A DNA stretch of 64,000 nt from Eledone cirrhosa (lineage: Eukaryota): positions 281,170,001 through 281,234,000 of the forward strand of contig OZ024743.1 of the NCBI GenBank assembly GCA_964016885.1, given 5' to 3'. Made by a program: the position numbers and the translations under genes. Within the stretch, counting starts at the first letter, position 1, and every line of letters starts with the position of its first letter. The notes beneath the pieces were generated by a model. The model did no database searches and was not told where the DNA came from. It was given only the letters and a program-made list of their open reading frames with translations. Below, one piece after another: positions 41,926 to 56,597 of this stretch.

Positions 41926-43157
41926 TTTATTCAAAGTAATCCAACTTATTTTACTAATAGCATAAAAAAAATTATAAACCGTACGCAGTCCCGCACTCCT
42001 TACTTTATTATAGTTTAGATAATCATTCCTTCGTCAATTTTTATAGACAACGCAACGGAGTTTTTGTGCTTGACAACACGCTCAGAATCACTTCTATCCT
42101 AACACCGAAGTCTGTTTCGTTGCCAGTTTTGCTTAATTGAGAACAGGCTCATCCTGTAGGAAAATTCCAACGGATTAAATCTCAGATCAGAACCGCTAAA
42201 CTGTAGTAACGGGTATGAAAATGCCTTTAGGCCTATTATGAACCGCCTTAACACATAATCGTTTTTTTTTTTTTTGTTTTTGTTTTTTTGTTTAGGCTGC
42301 CATCTTTGTTAAATTTCGTTGACTTCTTTCTGAAGAAGAGTTGTCACTTCCGATCAGTTTGTACTTGCACCCAAGCAATATCTCCTTGCTCTCTCTATAT
42401 ATGTTTTGGCTGCATATCAATGTTTACAGAACGGCAATTCATTTCACTCTACGTCGATTCATGTCACTTCACACTGGATTATTTTAATTTGTTTTTAAGT
42501 TATTTTACTTTCAAACTGTCAATTTCCAATCACTTTTTATTCAAATTTTTAATCAAGTTTTATATTTAATAAATTTTAGCATTTTATCTTTGTCATCATA
42601 TGTATGGAGGGGGAGGGGGTGGTTGTGGATGTGCATGATGATTTATGTGTGTACGTGTGTGCGCACAGATATTTTTTATGCTCTTTACCCTTTTGGGGTT
42701 CACTTATTATCGCAAATTTTACAGCTCGGCAACCTTATCTAAATATGTATGAGTACAGTTATATATGCTCCGGACAAAGAAAATATTATTTTTAAACCAT
42801 AAAAACACAAAATTCATTCTTCACCCATATTCGTTCACCAAAGTATTGCCATAAACAGCCCCATAGAAGATATCATTTCTTTACGGTTTCAATACGCCTC
42901 AAAACTAGTATTTTTCCATAAATATTTTCAAATACCTTTTGATGTTCTTTTATATGTTTCATTCATTAGACTGCAACTATGGTGAGGTACTATCTTGATA
43001 TAGTCGATCATGTCGACATCAGTACTTGCATTTTAAGCCTAGTACTTAGTGTGTATATATATATATATACACACTAAGTACTAGGCTTAAAATGCAAGTA
43101 CTGGTGTCGACATGATAGACTATATCAAGATATATATATTTATATATATATATATAT

Positions 43158-43266
43158 AGGAAAATGTTTAACCCCGACGGCAGAGCTCAAGCCACTCTAC
43201 TACCCTAAGTATTGAGTACTCTGGTGCGTTATGGTCCATCTGGTTCCTTACCACAATTCCTTCGTT
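43158..43266 (+). mobile_element. Hairpin mini-element family A, copy 6 (internally deleted)
   Basis: Left arm joined directly to the tail; inside (AT)n. Confidence 0.75.
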
Positions 43267-43349
43267 ATATATATATATATATACTTATAGAAAGAAGATG
43301 TTAAGTTACAGAACATAAACATAGACAAGCTCATACGTATGTGCATACA

Positions 43350-43449
<100 letters not shown>

Positions 43450-43498
43450 ATATATATATATATATTAATTTGAAAAGTATCCCGGGTAGTTAAGGTCA

Positions 43499-43551
43499 TA
43501 CAGGCTGAATGAGTTGGGGCCCAGAACCCAATGAAACTTGAGTACCTGTTT
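43499..43551 (+). ncRNA. Hammerhead-like motif with a one-base core insertion (CUGAAUGA)
   Basis: acagg-CTGAATGA-gttgggg..ccccaat-GAAA-CTTGAG-TA-cctgt; followed by a tail similar to the reverse complement of 27469-27545. Confidence 0.6.
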
Positions 43552-43658
43552 ATGTCACTTGTAATTATTTATACTAAACTCGTCCTATAGACTGAGTGCT
43601 CTTACCCTTGGATATTTCCGCCTAACTTTTACTACAGTATGTAAATATATATATATAT

Positions 43659-43701
<43 letters not shown>

Positions 43702-43717
43702 TATATGTGTGTATGTA

Positions 43718-44266
43718 ATCAATGATATTAAATAAATGGAAACTATATTTATAAAACCATATTTATTCTATTATATATATTTCAAGGGTACCAAAAACTT
43801 TGGTACGCTTTCATCAGATAAAATACAAAGTGTGTTTTATAAATTTTGACATAGCCAAGAAACATACCTTATAATTCAAGTGATAAGGTATGTTCCTTGG
43901 CTAGTCAAAATTTATAAAACACACTTTGTATTTTATCTGATGAAAGCGTACCAAAGTTTTTGGTACCCTTGAAATATTAAAGGAACGATCGACTTTCGTC
44001 AAATCGGACCGAGGGAACAATGTTTCCGTTGGTCCTTCCAATTGCTAATACTATCTATCGGTCGCAACTCCAGGTAGAAGGAGCAACATGAAATAAAGTA
44101 TCTTGCTCAAGGACATAACGCATCACCTGGTCCAGGAATCGAACTCACAACCTTACGATTGCGAATCCAATTCTCTAACCACTCAGCCACACGCCTTCAC
44201 TGAAATATATATAATAGAATAAATATGGTTTTATAAATATAGTTTCCATTTATTTAATATCATTGA
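43718..44266. mobile_element. Fold-back element with an HHR in each arm; right arm interrupted by a SINE
   Basis: 43718-43872 is inverted in 43883-43977 + 44201-44266; CTGATGA-aagcgtacca..tggtaccctt-GAAA-TATATA-TA (intact on - at 43765-43824). Confidence 0.8.
43978..44200 (-). mobile_element. tRNA-derived SINE family 2 with 8 bp target-site duplication
   Basis: Minus strand GAAGGCGTGTGGCTGAGTGGTTAG..GAGTTCGATTCC..TCCTTGAGCAAGATACTTTATTTCA; TGAAATAT at 43970 and 44201. Confidence 0.8.
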
Positions 44267-44360
44267 ATATTTACTCCAGAAACATTTATATTTGTTGAAT
44301 TTCCAACAAATTATTAAATGCTTATATGTATGTATTTATATATATATGTATTTATATATG

Positions 44361-44433
<73 letters not shown>

Positions 44434-44442
44434 TTATATATG

Positions 44443-44500
<58 letters not shown>

Positions 44501-44535
44501 AATATCTATGAGAATATATATATATTTATATATAT

Positions 44536-44639
<104 letters not shown>

Positions 44640-44747
44640 ACATCTATACCAGTTTTTCATCTGCTATCGAAACGATAAAACTGTAGGGCAGAAAATCCTT
44701 ATAATATTTACACTATACTTTCCGTAAGTATCCACTTTTAATTTAAA

Positions 44748-44869
44748 TAATTGTTTCTACTTTTTGGCACAAGGCCAGCAAATACCCAGTACATTACTGG
44801 TACTTTATTTTATCGACTCCGTAAGGATGAAAGGCAAAGTTAAGCTCGGCGGGATTTGAACTCAGAATG
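44748..44869 (-). mobile_element. SINE family 1, 5'-truncated
   Basis: Reverse complement of the 3' two-thirds of the consensus. Confidence 0.75.
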
Positions 44870-45463
44870 ATTTCCACCCATATATATATATATATGTGTG
44901 TGTGTAAACGGTAAACAGAAATAACAAAACAAACGGCACAGTACATGGAAGAAATATATTAGTTTAACGCTTGAAATAGCAGGAAGATAGTCTTAACGTT
45001 TCGGACACTAGTCCTTCATCATAGATACAGTTATAAATAGAAGATAAATAGAAAGTAAAGAATGATTGGGTGGGGAGAGAATGATAGTGAAAGAGAAACA
45101 GAAAGAGGGGAGTATGGAGACAGAGAGAGAAAGATAGAGAATACGAGCGGAAATATGGTGAGAGAGAAAGAGAGGAAAGTGTGGAGAGAAAGAGAGAGAA
45201 AGAGAGCAGTATTGAAATAAAAAGAGAGAAAAAGGAGTATGGTGAGAAAGAAACAGAGAGAGAAGTGGGACAATAGTAAGGACGTAGAGAGAGAAGAAAG
45301 AAAATTGAAGAAAGACTGAATGACAAAAAAAGAGAAAGAGAAAAGGGGAAGAAAAAAGAGGAAACGTGAAAGAATTGAATGAGGAAAGGAAGGGTGGAAA
45401 TAATAAAAGAGAAAGGAGGAATGGAATTAAAACGATAGAAGGAAGGAAAAAAGGAAAAAAGGA

Positions 45464-45511
<48 letters not shown>

Positions 45512-46158
45512 GAGAAAGAAAGAAAGAAAAAAGAAAGAAAGTAAGAAAGAAAATGCGAAAGAGGAGGATGAGGGCAAAGATAAAGTAATTGGAAGAAAAA
45601 GAAGAACAAGAACGAGAACAAGAAGAATTAGAACAATAACAACAACGATAACAGCAGCAGCAGCAACAGTAACAACAACAACAACAACAGTAACATCAAC
45701 AATTAATAAAAACAGTACAAAACAACAAGAGTAACAATAGCCACAGCAACAACAACAAAAAACAGCAACAGTAATAACAACTGCAATGCAATGTCAACAG
45801 CTGCAGCATCAACAACAACAATGCCGATAACGACAACAACAACAACAACAACAACAGGAGCAGTAGCCACAAAAACAACAATAACAATGACAACAACAAT
45901 AACCAGAGTGTGTAAGCATATATAAGAGATGAAATGAGGGTTGTTGTTATTTGTACTAATTAGATAAGTTTGTCGTGAGGCGGCCACACGTCACAGACCT
46001 GTTTTATATGGGAAAGTTGACGTGTGAGAGTTGTCAAGGCTCTGTTACCCATCACTGAATAATACAACAGCCTTCTCTCTCTCTATCTCTATCTCTCTAT
46101 CTCTCTCTCTCTCTCTCTCCCCCCTCTCTCCATATATATATATATATATATATACATT

Positions 46159-46252
<94 letters not shown>

Positions 46253-46273
46253 TTATATATATATGTATATTTA

Positions 46274-46306
<33 letters not shown>

Positions 46307-46315
46307 GTATATATA

Positions 46316-46407
<92 letters not shown>

Positions 46408-46527
46408 ACTCAATCTCTCCACCCCGATACTCTGGACGGCTGGGAAACCTTCTGTCTGTCTGTCTTACCGTCTGTCTCTGACGTACATACATACATACAT
46501 ACATACATACATACATACATACATACA

Positions 46528-46563
<36 letters not shown>

Positions 46564-46715
46564 CAGACATATATACATACATACATACGTACATACATAC
46601 ATACATACGTACATACGTACGTATGTACATACATACATACATATACAGACATATATACATACATACATACGTACATACATACATACATACGTACATACGT
46701 ACGTACGTACGTACA

Positions 46716-46749
<34 letters not shown>

Positions 46750-46919
46750 CATACGTACGTACATACATACATATTATGAATGTATAAATATATATAGATA
46801 GATAGATAGATACACACACATACATCCAACCGGCCATCCGACCACCCAGCTACCCAGGCAGTCGTCGTTTCCCGTGAGAGGCTGCTGCATCTAGTGGAGA
46901 CACCATCGCCCCTCACTCA

Positions 46920-46985
<66 letters not shown>

Positions 46986-47330
46986 ACATACACACGCACA
47001 TACGCATACACACGCATCCTTCAACAATAACGAAATGAAAACAACAACAAAATCTAAAAAACATAACTAACAAGAAAAGAAAGAAGGAATCAGAAAATAA
47101 AGGATTAGCAATAATAATGTTAAGAAAGGCCGGAGGGGTGCACCTTGTGAGGACAATTGAAAAGACAACTGCTGGGGTAGATGGAAACAGGCGGGATAAG
47201 AATCTCTGTTGGAATAAATGAATAGATAAATAACAGAATAAAAAATACTCGAATGAATGAATGAATGAGGGGGGGGGGGGCTGAGAGAGAGGGGGGGAGA
47301 AAGAGAGAGAGAGGGAGTGTGAGAGAGACA

Positions 47331-47385
<55 letters not shown>

Positions 47386-47429
47386 GGAGTATGAGAGAAA
47401 GGCTGAATGCCTGAATGAGCTGAATATGC

Positions 47430-47498
<69 letters not shown>

Positions 47499-47568
47499 TA
47501 TATATAAATATATATATATATATGTGTGTGCGTGTATGTGTGTGTGTGTGTGTGTGTTTGTGTGTGCG

Positions 47569-47810
47569 TGAAGGCGCATAGCTTAGTGGTTAGAGCGTCG
47601 GGCTAACAATCGTAGGGCTATGAGTTCGATTCTCGGACCGGACTTTTGCGTTCTGTTCTTGAATAAAGAACTTTATTTCACGTTGCTCCAGAAGTAGAAA
47701 TGAGTTGCGACGTCACTGCCTTGTTCAAAATCTTTGCCTCAGAGGGGAATTTTCTAGGCTCAAATCCATCCCATGGTCATTCGTGACCGAATGGGTTCTT
47801 TACCCTTACA
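47569..47810 (+). mobile_element. tRNA-derived SINE family 2 (another head at ~5990-6111 -)
   Basis: GAAGGCGCATAGCTTAGTGGTTAG..GAGTTCGATTC..ACTTTATTTCACGTTGCTCC. Confidence 0.75.
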
Positions 47811-47859
47811 CTATATATATATATATATATCCTGTCAGCAACATATCACAAAATCGAAT

Positions 47860-47949
47860 TTCATCTGACGATACCGTTCTCATAACAGCACTAAATGCAT
47901 GGATTACATCTTGATTACATGTGAGAACCGTTGAAATAATTATAATGAA
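47860..47949 (+). ncRNA. Type I hammerhead ribozyme
   Basis: ttcat-CTGACGA-..gttctca..tgagaac..-GAAA-TAATTA-TA-atgaa; sits in a small element between (AT)n runs. Confidence 0.7.
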
Positions 47950-47986
47950 TAAACGAGTTATGTAACATCAGCATCTTTATTGATGT

Positions 47987-48027
<41 letters not shown>

Positions 48028-48623
48028 ACATAAGTCACACATCAATCGGTGACCTTGTACCTATATAATGTCCATCACCCCAAATGCTCACGTTACTTTG
48101 CTCCATTAATATAATCATAGGAAGGCTTAAAACTTTGTTTCGTCGTAGTTTAAAACACTTTATAAGTGTTCTCTCTAATTCCATACTTCTGACACCGTTC
48201 AAAGTATTCCGAAACTTTAAACTAGTCTGATTTTCATTTTCAGTAAAAAAAGTAAAAAATAAAAAAAAAACTTACTTAAAAAAATCTGCTCCTTTTGTTT
48301 CTTTTAGTCATATATAGTTGATGATACGATTCCATAGCACTTACATAAAATCATTATAGATCTTTTATTTAATTTCTTCAACAACCTTCATCGTTTCGAG
48401 AACAGATAATGATTTATGCTTAGGTTTATTAATCCTGGTACCATTCTTTGCACATCTCTTGGGTGATATTCTGAAGGGTTTAAGTCTAGCTAGATATTAG
48501 AAATTAGAAAGACTCTATCACTAAAACGAACTAGTATCTGGTGAACAAACTATTGGTGGCAAATTCAGTCGGTATACACAAACACACACACACACTCACA
48601 CACTCACACACACTCACACACAC

Positions 48624-48760
48624 CATATTTATTATATAAATGGCTTCTACAAGACTAGAACTGTTTCATTCATTCAAAAGAAATCATCTGGCTTTCCTGA
48701 TAATTTATTTTGAATGAAACAGTTCTAGTCTTGTGGTTACCCCCAATTGAACCTGGGACT
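48624..48760 (+). mobile_element. Hairpin mini-element family C (other copies 54078-54222 -, 61248-61405 +)
   Basis: Shared AAATGGCTTCTACA.GACTAGAACTGTTTCATTC arm and ..GTTACCCCCAATTGAACCTGGGA tail; CTGATGA-tttc..gaat-GAAA best preserved in the 54078 copy. Confidence 0.7.
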
Positions 48761-48763
48761 CAT

Positions 48764-48882
<119 letters not shown>

Positions 48883-50447
48883 CATACATACACACACACA
48901 ATGCATACATTAATAGAAGTAAATACACACGTAAATGCAGGCACATATACACATACATAAATACATACATGTGTACAAACTCAGATACATACATACATAC
49001 ATCCACAGACACATACACACACATACTCACACATATACATACACGTATAACCATATATGCATACATGTATACACGTTCACATATACATATATACATTCAC
49101 AAACTCACACACCCACAGACAGACACACATAGACACAGGTGCGCACATACACACACATACATATATACACACACCACACACACATACACACACATACACA
49201 CACACTCACACACACACATACACACACACATACACACATACAAACAAGCAAAGGTCTATAAATAGAAACAATTTGTTTAAATCTCTGACAATTAAATACC
49301 TTGAAATTCTATCAGAACTATTTGTGAGCGACTTTCTGGCCGCGGGTAGCAAACGGGTGGGAAGAACATTTTTTTTTACTATTATTATTTTAATGGGCGT
49401 GGTAGCAGAATAACAATAGTTAGAGGGCGTTATAGAGGTTGGATATGGCAAACAACGACAGAAATCGCCTTCATCAGAGGCAGCCAATGAAATATTCAAG
49501 CACACAAATTGCTTCTTAGTAACTTGCTTTGTTAACTTTTCGTCTTTTTGCAATTAAAAATGATTTCTGCTTTGTTTGTTTTTAGTGTTTTTGTTTTGGA
49601 TTTTATGGGTTTTTTGTTTTGCTTTTTGCTTTTTGCTTTTTGCTTTTTTGCTTTTTGTTGTTGCTGGGTTTTTGTTTTTTGTTTTGTTGTTACTGCTCCT
49701 CCTCCAGTTTCCCCTTCTCCCCCTCCCTCCCCCGATTCCTACTCTTTCAGTCTCCACCCCTACTCTATCTCCCCCCCTTTCTCTTTCTCTCACTCTCTCT
49801 CACTTTTTATCTGTCTCTCTCCCTCTTTCCATTTCTTTCTCTCTCTTTTTCTCTATCTCTCCTCTCTCTCTATCTCTCTCTCTCTCTATCTCTCTCTCTC
49901 TATCTCTCTCTCTCTCTATCTCTCTCTCTCTCTCCTGATTCTCATTCTTCTTCTCTTATTTCACCTCATATATCCCCATCCTCACCCCCTCTATGACATC
50001 CTACCTTTTCATTCTATCATGTTTCATTCTCTTTCAGACTTCTATTGTGTATTCTTTATTTTTGTCATTTTTCGTCTATAATCCTTTCCTTTCTCTCTTT
50101 CTCTCTCTATCCTCGTTCTCTCTATATATATCTATTTATCTATCTATCCATCTATCTATCTCCCTCTCCTCTCTCTCTATGTATATATATATATATTTCC
50201 TCTCTCTTTCTCTGTCTTTTCTCTCTCTACCTAACTCTTATCCCTCTCTCTGACTTCTCTTTCTCCCTCACTTTCTCACACAAGCGAGACCATCTCTTTA
50301 GATTTGACTTTTACACATCGTGAAGAACCTCACTCTTCAGGTGAAAAAAGTTGGGCGTCTAATAGTCACGCACATGCACACATGCACAGACATACACACA
50401 GGTACACTTGCACAAATGCATACATACACACACACATACACACACAT

Positions 50448-50487
<40 letters not shown>

Positions 50488-50569
50488 TCACGACTACAGT
50501 TCTTCGCACTCTCTCTCTTTCTCTCTCTTTCTCTCTCTCTCTCTCTATCTCTATCTATATATCTATATA

Positions 50570-50677
<108 letters not shown>

Positions 50678-50738
50678 CAAACAGAAAGAGAGAAAGAGAG
50701 AGACAAACAGAAAGAGAGAAAGAGAGAGACAAACAGAA

Positions 50739-50783
<45 letters not shown>

Positions 50784-50817
50784 AGGGGGGGAACGAGAGC
50801 CCGAAGAATTGTAGTCG

Positions 50818-50924
<107 letters not shown>

Positions 50925-51204
50925 TTGGGGAGGGTCATATTTGTGTAATATTGCCAGAATTAATAACAGAACACACTCACTGTTTGGTTGGTTTTCGCTT
51001 CTCGCTGTCTTTTATATCTGCTATCTAACTTACTCGGTCCTCAATGTTGCCATTGACTGACCGACGGTCAAAAATAATACAGATACAATATAGACACAAA
51101 CACATATATATAGTTTACATAATTTACATAAATCTTTCGTTGCACATCTGCAACATCGTCAGTGGTGTTATATTTTTTCCTCCTGTTGTGTTGTATGTCT
51201 ACGC

Positions 51205-51390
51205 CATTAGGTTGAATATGTAGAACAGAGTATTAAGATGCATGGTAGTGAGACATGGGCAGCAACAGCTGGAGAGAAATGAAGCAAGTATGCTCCAAGC
51301 ATAGACTGAGAAAGAAACTGGGTATAAGAGGGATACGTTGTGGTGTGCAGGAGAGAAGGCTGAGATGGTATGGACATGTGATGACCACTG
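51205..51390 (+). pseudogene. RTE LINE fragment
   Basis: HGSETWA..LERNEASML..LGIRGIRCGVQERRLRWYGHVM. Confidence 0.65.
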
Positions 51391-51414
51391 GGTAAAGTAG
51401 TGCTATATATATAT

Positions 51415-51683
51415 ATATATGAATGTATGTATAGTATATTTGGCAATATACCATATGTTTAATTAAAAACATTTAGAAGACCATTCGCTATCAGTTTTAA
51501 AGTAGTGACTATGTCACTTACTTATTTTCGGCAAAGGCTGGTTGAGAGGCTGACAGCTGTTTCTCGTTGTTTGGCATTTATCAAAGCCACGCACTCACCT
51601 GCCTTTGCCGAAAATTATAGAAGCTGGATTCTTATAGAATTCCAGTAATAATCAGGAACTGATTACACAGAACGATTGCCGGT

Positions 51684-51685
<2 letters not shown>
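51415..51685 (-). mobile_element. Family D single copy with U3-A8 hammerhead (51548-51588)
   Basis: Minus strand ggct-TTGATAA-...-GAAA-CAGCTG-TC-agcc; collinear with 16400-16675; (AT)n flanks. Confidence 0.7.
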
Positions 51686-51762
<77 letters not shown>

Positions 51763-51765
<3 letters not shown>

Positions 51766-52509
51766 AAACTAGGGTACACCTGCGCTAAGAATATGAAGGC
51801 CCACATCACCAACAGTCCTAAGAGCGGCACTCCACCAGGATGCTCTTGCCGAAAGCCTGAAGCTTGTCCCCTTCAACAGCAATGCAACACACCCGCTATA
51901 GTTTATGAAGCTCTGGTCACTTCCAACCGACCAAATCAACCACAGGGGTCAAATCCTATGCGGTATGGCGGAGGGCCGATTTAAGGAACGCTTCCTGAAC
52001 CATCAGTCGACCTGTAGGTACCCGGACAAACGATCATCCACGAAGCTCGCGAGTGCGTATGGTCCCTCAAAGACTCAGGTATAGATTACTCCGTTGACTG
52101 CCATACAGAAGGGGCAATCCGTCTTGTGAACTGCGTATTGAAGAAAGGATAAATATTCTAAGGAGGTTACGCAATAGCGGTTGCCTAAATTCAAGAAATG
52201 AATTCTTCTCACGTTGTCCACATGTCTGGAAACACCTTTTGCATAACTACAAAGCTCCGGATTGAATAAACACAACATTCTAATTTTCTAATCAACTCGA
52301 ACATTTTATTCCGGACATTCGCAGTTATCTCCCTTACACTTTTTGCCCGTGGTTTTGTATCGCTTGGGTGAAGTGACCGTTTCTGCGCATGTGCGTTCAT
52401 ACGGTTATTCTTCCTGTTCCGTATAACCATTATCAGTCCGAGCTGAAGATCCGCATAAGGTGAAACGATTGTTCTCGGTATGGTGAACTAACTGTTGTGA
52501 TACTACTTA
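51763..52509 (+). mobile_element. Further 5'-truncated copy of the second PLE family (GIY-YIG fragment + pLTR, HHR at 52438-52478)
   Basis: High similarity to 28523-29290; same 3' end (TACTT|ATAT); ccgag-CTGAAGA-tccgcataaggt-GAAA-CGATTG-TT-ctcgg. Confidence 0.85.
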
Positions 52510-53085
52510 TATATATATATATATACTCATACACTACTACTATTTTAATGGTTGCAGTCATTAGATAGCAGTCATGTTGGAGAACACATATGTACAGACA
52601 TACATGCCACAGACATTATAATAGGTGTCTTTAAAACGTGGTCTGCGGGCCGCATGCATCTCACAAACTACCTTTCCAAGGCCCACGGCAGAACAAATTT
52701 TGTCCTATTTTAATAAAACTTGATAATTTCTCCCTCGCCCCTTCTATAGTATTGCAATTTACCCATGAAATATAATAAAATGGGAAAACAACGAAAGAGG
52801 GAAATTACCAAAGGTAAAAACGGAATTAAGGAATTAAATAAAAACGGAACATTTCTTCCCCTACATTTGGTACAACTTCACATATTCACCCACTTTCTAT
52901 CATATGTGTATTCATTTTGATGCAAAGGAAATAAATGGTATTCTATCAGTATTGCAAATTAGCCTTATAACAGATGAAAATCTTAACCCCCGTCCCTCTT
53001 CATTTCACTTTTGGCCAATGGTGCCTCTTCCCCAGGACGTAATGGCCCTGGCCCTTTTGAGTTCTTAAGTTTGAGAACCATGCAC

Positions 53086-53209
<124 letters not shown>

Positions 53210-53334
53210 GTGAGAGAGAGAGAGATACATATATATATATATAGAGAGAGAGAGAGTGAGAGAGGGAGATATATATAGATATATATAGATATAGATATAT
53301 ATATAAATAAATAGATATATATAGATATAGATAT

Positions 53335-54030
53335 ACTCGCTTTACGCGTTTTAATTGTCCTAATAACTTAATTTAGTTATTATTGCACCGACGTGAGGTA
53401 TATGATTTTTAATGCAATGAAATATCTATGATCGTCGGCAAATCACTGATGAGGGACTTATCTTATTACATGTTATCCATGTGCTACCAGCAGTATTTTT
53501 CTCCCCATTTTATCACATATATTTACCTAAACTGCGATTCTGTTTTTCTCTCTCTCTCTCTCTTACTGCTCCCTCATTCTCTCTGTTTCTCCTACTTTCT
53601 TTCGCCCCCTCTGTCATGTCAGTTAACTCTTCCTCACACTTCCACTCACTCACTCACTGTTTCTCCTCTCCTCACTTCACCCCGTTCGCAACGAAAGCAA
53701 TTTCTCTCTTTCTTACATTGCATTCGTTCGCGAAAGGTCTTTTTTCTAAGCGCTCATATATTCACCTAGCTTATGCTAACAGAATAACTATGAAGCTTTT
53801 TTCCTTCCTCTACGGTTAGCTCTACTCTTTGTTGTTTTCCTGTCTCACTCGCTTTACGCGTTTTAATTGTCCTAATAACTTAATTTAGTTATTATTGCAC
53901 CGACGTGAGGTATATGATTTTTAATGCAATGAAATATCTATGATCGTCGGCAAATCACTGATGAGGGACTTATTTTATTACATGTTATCCATGTGCTAAC
54001 AGCAGTATTTTTCTCCCCATTTTATCATAT
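53335..54030 (+). mobile_element. Non-coding element with ~185 bp direct terminal repeats
   Basis: 53335-53520 nearly identical to 53847-54030; CT-rich interior; (AT)n flanks. Confidence 0.75.
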
Positions 54031-54077
54031 ATATATATATATATTATGCGTGGTTCTCAAACTTATATATATATATA

Positions 54078-54222
54078 AGTTTATCCCGGGTTCAATCGGG
54101 GGTAACCGCAGTAAGTAAGGTACTCAATACAAAGCAGAGTATAAATATTTAATATAGAAATGGCCTCTACAGGACTAGAACTGTTTCATTCGGCAGAAAT
54201 CATCAGGGCTACCTGATAGCTT
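54078..54222 (-). mobile_element. Family C copy
   Basis: Minus strand CTGATGA-tttctgccgaat-GAAA-CAGTTCTAG.. then tail GTATTGAGTACCTTACTTACTG. Confidence 0.7.
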
Positions 54223-55080
54223 CAATTGTTTCTCCGGCGAACAGCTCGAGGTGCGATCTATTTGTGGATCGAACCTGACTCTGGATTCGCAAGTTCCTCA
54301 GATACGTGTAGTAATTTCGAAGCAAATCCTCTTTTTGCTGGACTCCGACCCTTCGAATTTCTATCATCTGCCATCATCCTGTTTGCGCGGCGCTCCGATT
54401 GGTTGATAGTTCGGGACGTCATCTTTATGTATGACCATTCAAATCTGCCCACTGACCATTTCCATCCAGGCGTGAGCTGTCACTCACCCTAATCCCGTTG
54501 CCAGAAATTACTGCTATGTGTAGGAGAGGTGTTATGAACTCTCTTGCCCTTGCTTGGCTTGTCCGTCTCCCTCCACACATACACCCACACACCCACACGC
54601 ACGTGTGCTCACACCTATACAAACATTCCGAGTCATTAATCGCACACTTAACTGTGTGGACATACACACACACACACATAGAGCTTGCGTGTTTTCGTTC
54701 ACACATGTACATACAGATATTCACCTCTCATATATAGGTACATTCGTACACAGACATACGCACACACGTACACATAAGGTACCCACATATATACATATAT
54801 CTATCCATACATAGTCACATATATATATATATATATATTTATATACACACATATATATTTACACATATGCATATACATATACACACATATGCGCACCCAT
54901 ACATGCACACGTACATATACACGCGCGTATCTGTGCAGTCAGTCAGGCCTACTCATACACACACACATACATATATATATATATATGCGTATGCACACGC
55001 ACGCACGCAAACACATATACACACATGTGTGTACATATACTTACACACACACATATATATATACACACACACACACATAC

Positions 55081-55140
<60 letters not shown>

Positions 55141-55999
55141 GCACTCACACACAGACACACACACCCACACACATACTCACACATATGAAAATAAACTGTA
55201 CAAAAATATTTGTAAAATGCATAGAAACATGCGTATGCTGCTGTACATCGGGTAGTGCACAAAGAAATATTACGTGAAGAAATACGTAAAAAATACAAAA
55301 AACGTACATATGGGGAATACGCCAAAGAATGCACGCAGCATCTCACATAACGGTATACGTATATGCAGACACACTTTGATTCACATGTTGACTGAGTTGG
55401 CATTATGGTGCTAACGTGAAATAATCCACGTACAGAAACCTTATAACCAAAATTACTTATGGGAAGCTCATAGGAACAATGCAAAGGGTATACTTAAAAC
55501 ATATATAAAAAGAATATAAAAATACACACGAGGTTGTACATGAAAAAATACACACACTACATAAAAGAATATATATGCATGGAGTACGGAAGAACAGTAT
55601 ATAACGGAGTATGTTACTGTGGCTGAAATAGAGGGCCTTAGTGATGTGTGATACGGGATTGAGTATACCCATGGAAATTGAATCGCCGTGTACTGGCTAC
55701 TGCGACGGCGGTGTTTAAGATAAGGTACAGAGTCAAATGTGCAGCATTGAGTGTGTCGACCTGCCCCACAGGACATACATAGTCATCAAGGTATGGTGTC
55801 AGACTGAACAATAAATTGTTTCGTATAAAACATAATTATTTCTTTTATGCATCGCGATTAGAGAACATAGAAATAAGAATAGAATCTACACACAGAAAAG
55901 ACGCAATGTTTAGACAAATCACAGAGGCAATAAACATAAATGAATTACAACCAAATTAAATAGAAAACATGAGTGGAACAGCAACATCACAACTTACAA

Positions 56000-56453
56000 T
56001 TAAGGACAAAATGAAAACACACACGCACATAGAACAAAGAACCAACCAGTAACATGTAAATAAACAAATAAATAAACGAATATAAACACACACAGACGCC
56101 CGGATGTAACACATGCGCAAACTAAGCACACAACACACACACAAAAACAAGATGGCGTAGGACAGAACAAAGGAGAGGCACAAAAAAACAAAGAAAAGAA
56201 TCCCCAGTCACTGAAGAGGTCACAGAATGTGTGACGAAATAACTTTGACAATATATAAACAATCATCTGGTTGTGGAACCAACCAACCGGAAATTTATAA
56301 ATTCCTAAATTTATAAATTTATTATAATAAATTGAAGTGAAAGCTACTGGTGCGTGTGTTTCTTATTGGCAACATGACCCTCCCAAAGTATAACAATATC
56401 GGTTTCAACACACGTTTTCAGATAAAGAATCTTGCTAAACAAATTCAGAAACG

Positions 56454-56455
<2 letters not shown>
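56000..56455 (+). mobile_element. Family B pLTR-like unit with HHR (56206-56250)
   Basis: gtca-CTGAAGA-ggtcacagaatgtgtgac-GAAA-taactt-tgac; shares AATTGAAGTGAAA..CATGACCCTCCCAAAGTATAACAAT with 17360-17422; related end fragments at 27345-27425 and 50922-50990. Left boundary approximate. Confidence 0.7.
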
Positions 56456-56493
<38 letters not shown>

Positions 56494-56597
56494 CCAAAAG
56501 TTAAACAACGTTCAATGATTAATCAATGAATATAGTTTTACAATAGATTAGAAGCACTCAACAGAGGGTTTTCCGGAGTTATTAATATTCATTAATT

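Noticed and set aside
47569-47645. tRNA gene candidate
   Set aside because: A/B boxes are present, but it continues into a repeated SINE body also seen at 43978-44200 and no clean cloverleaf is evident.
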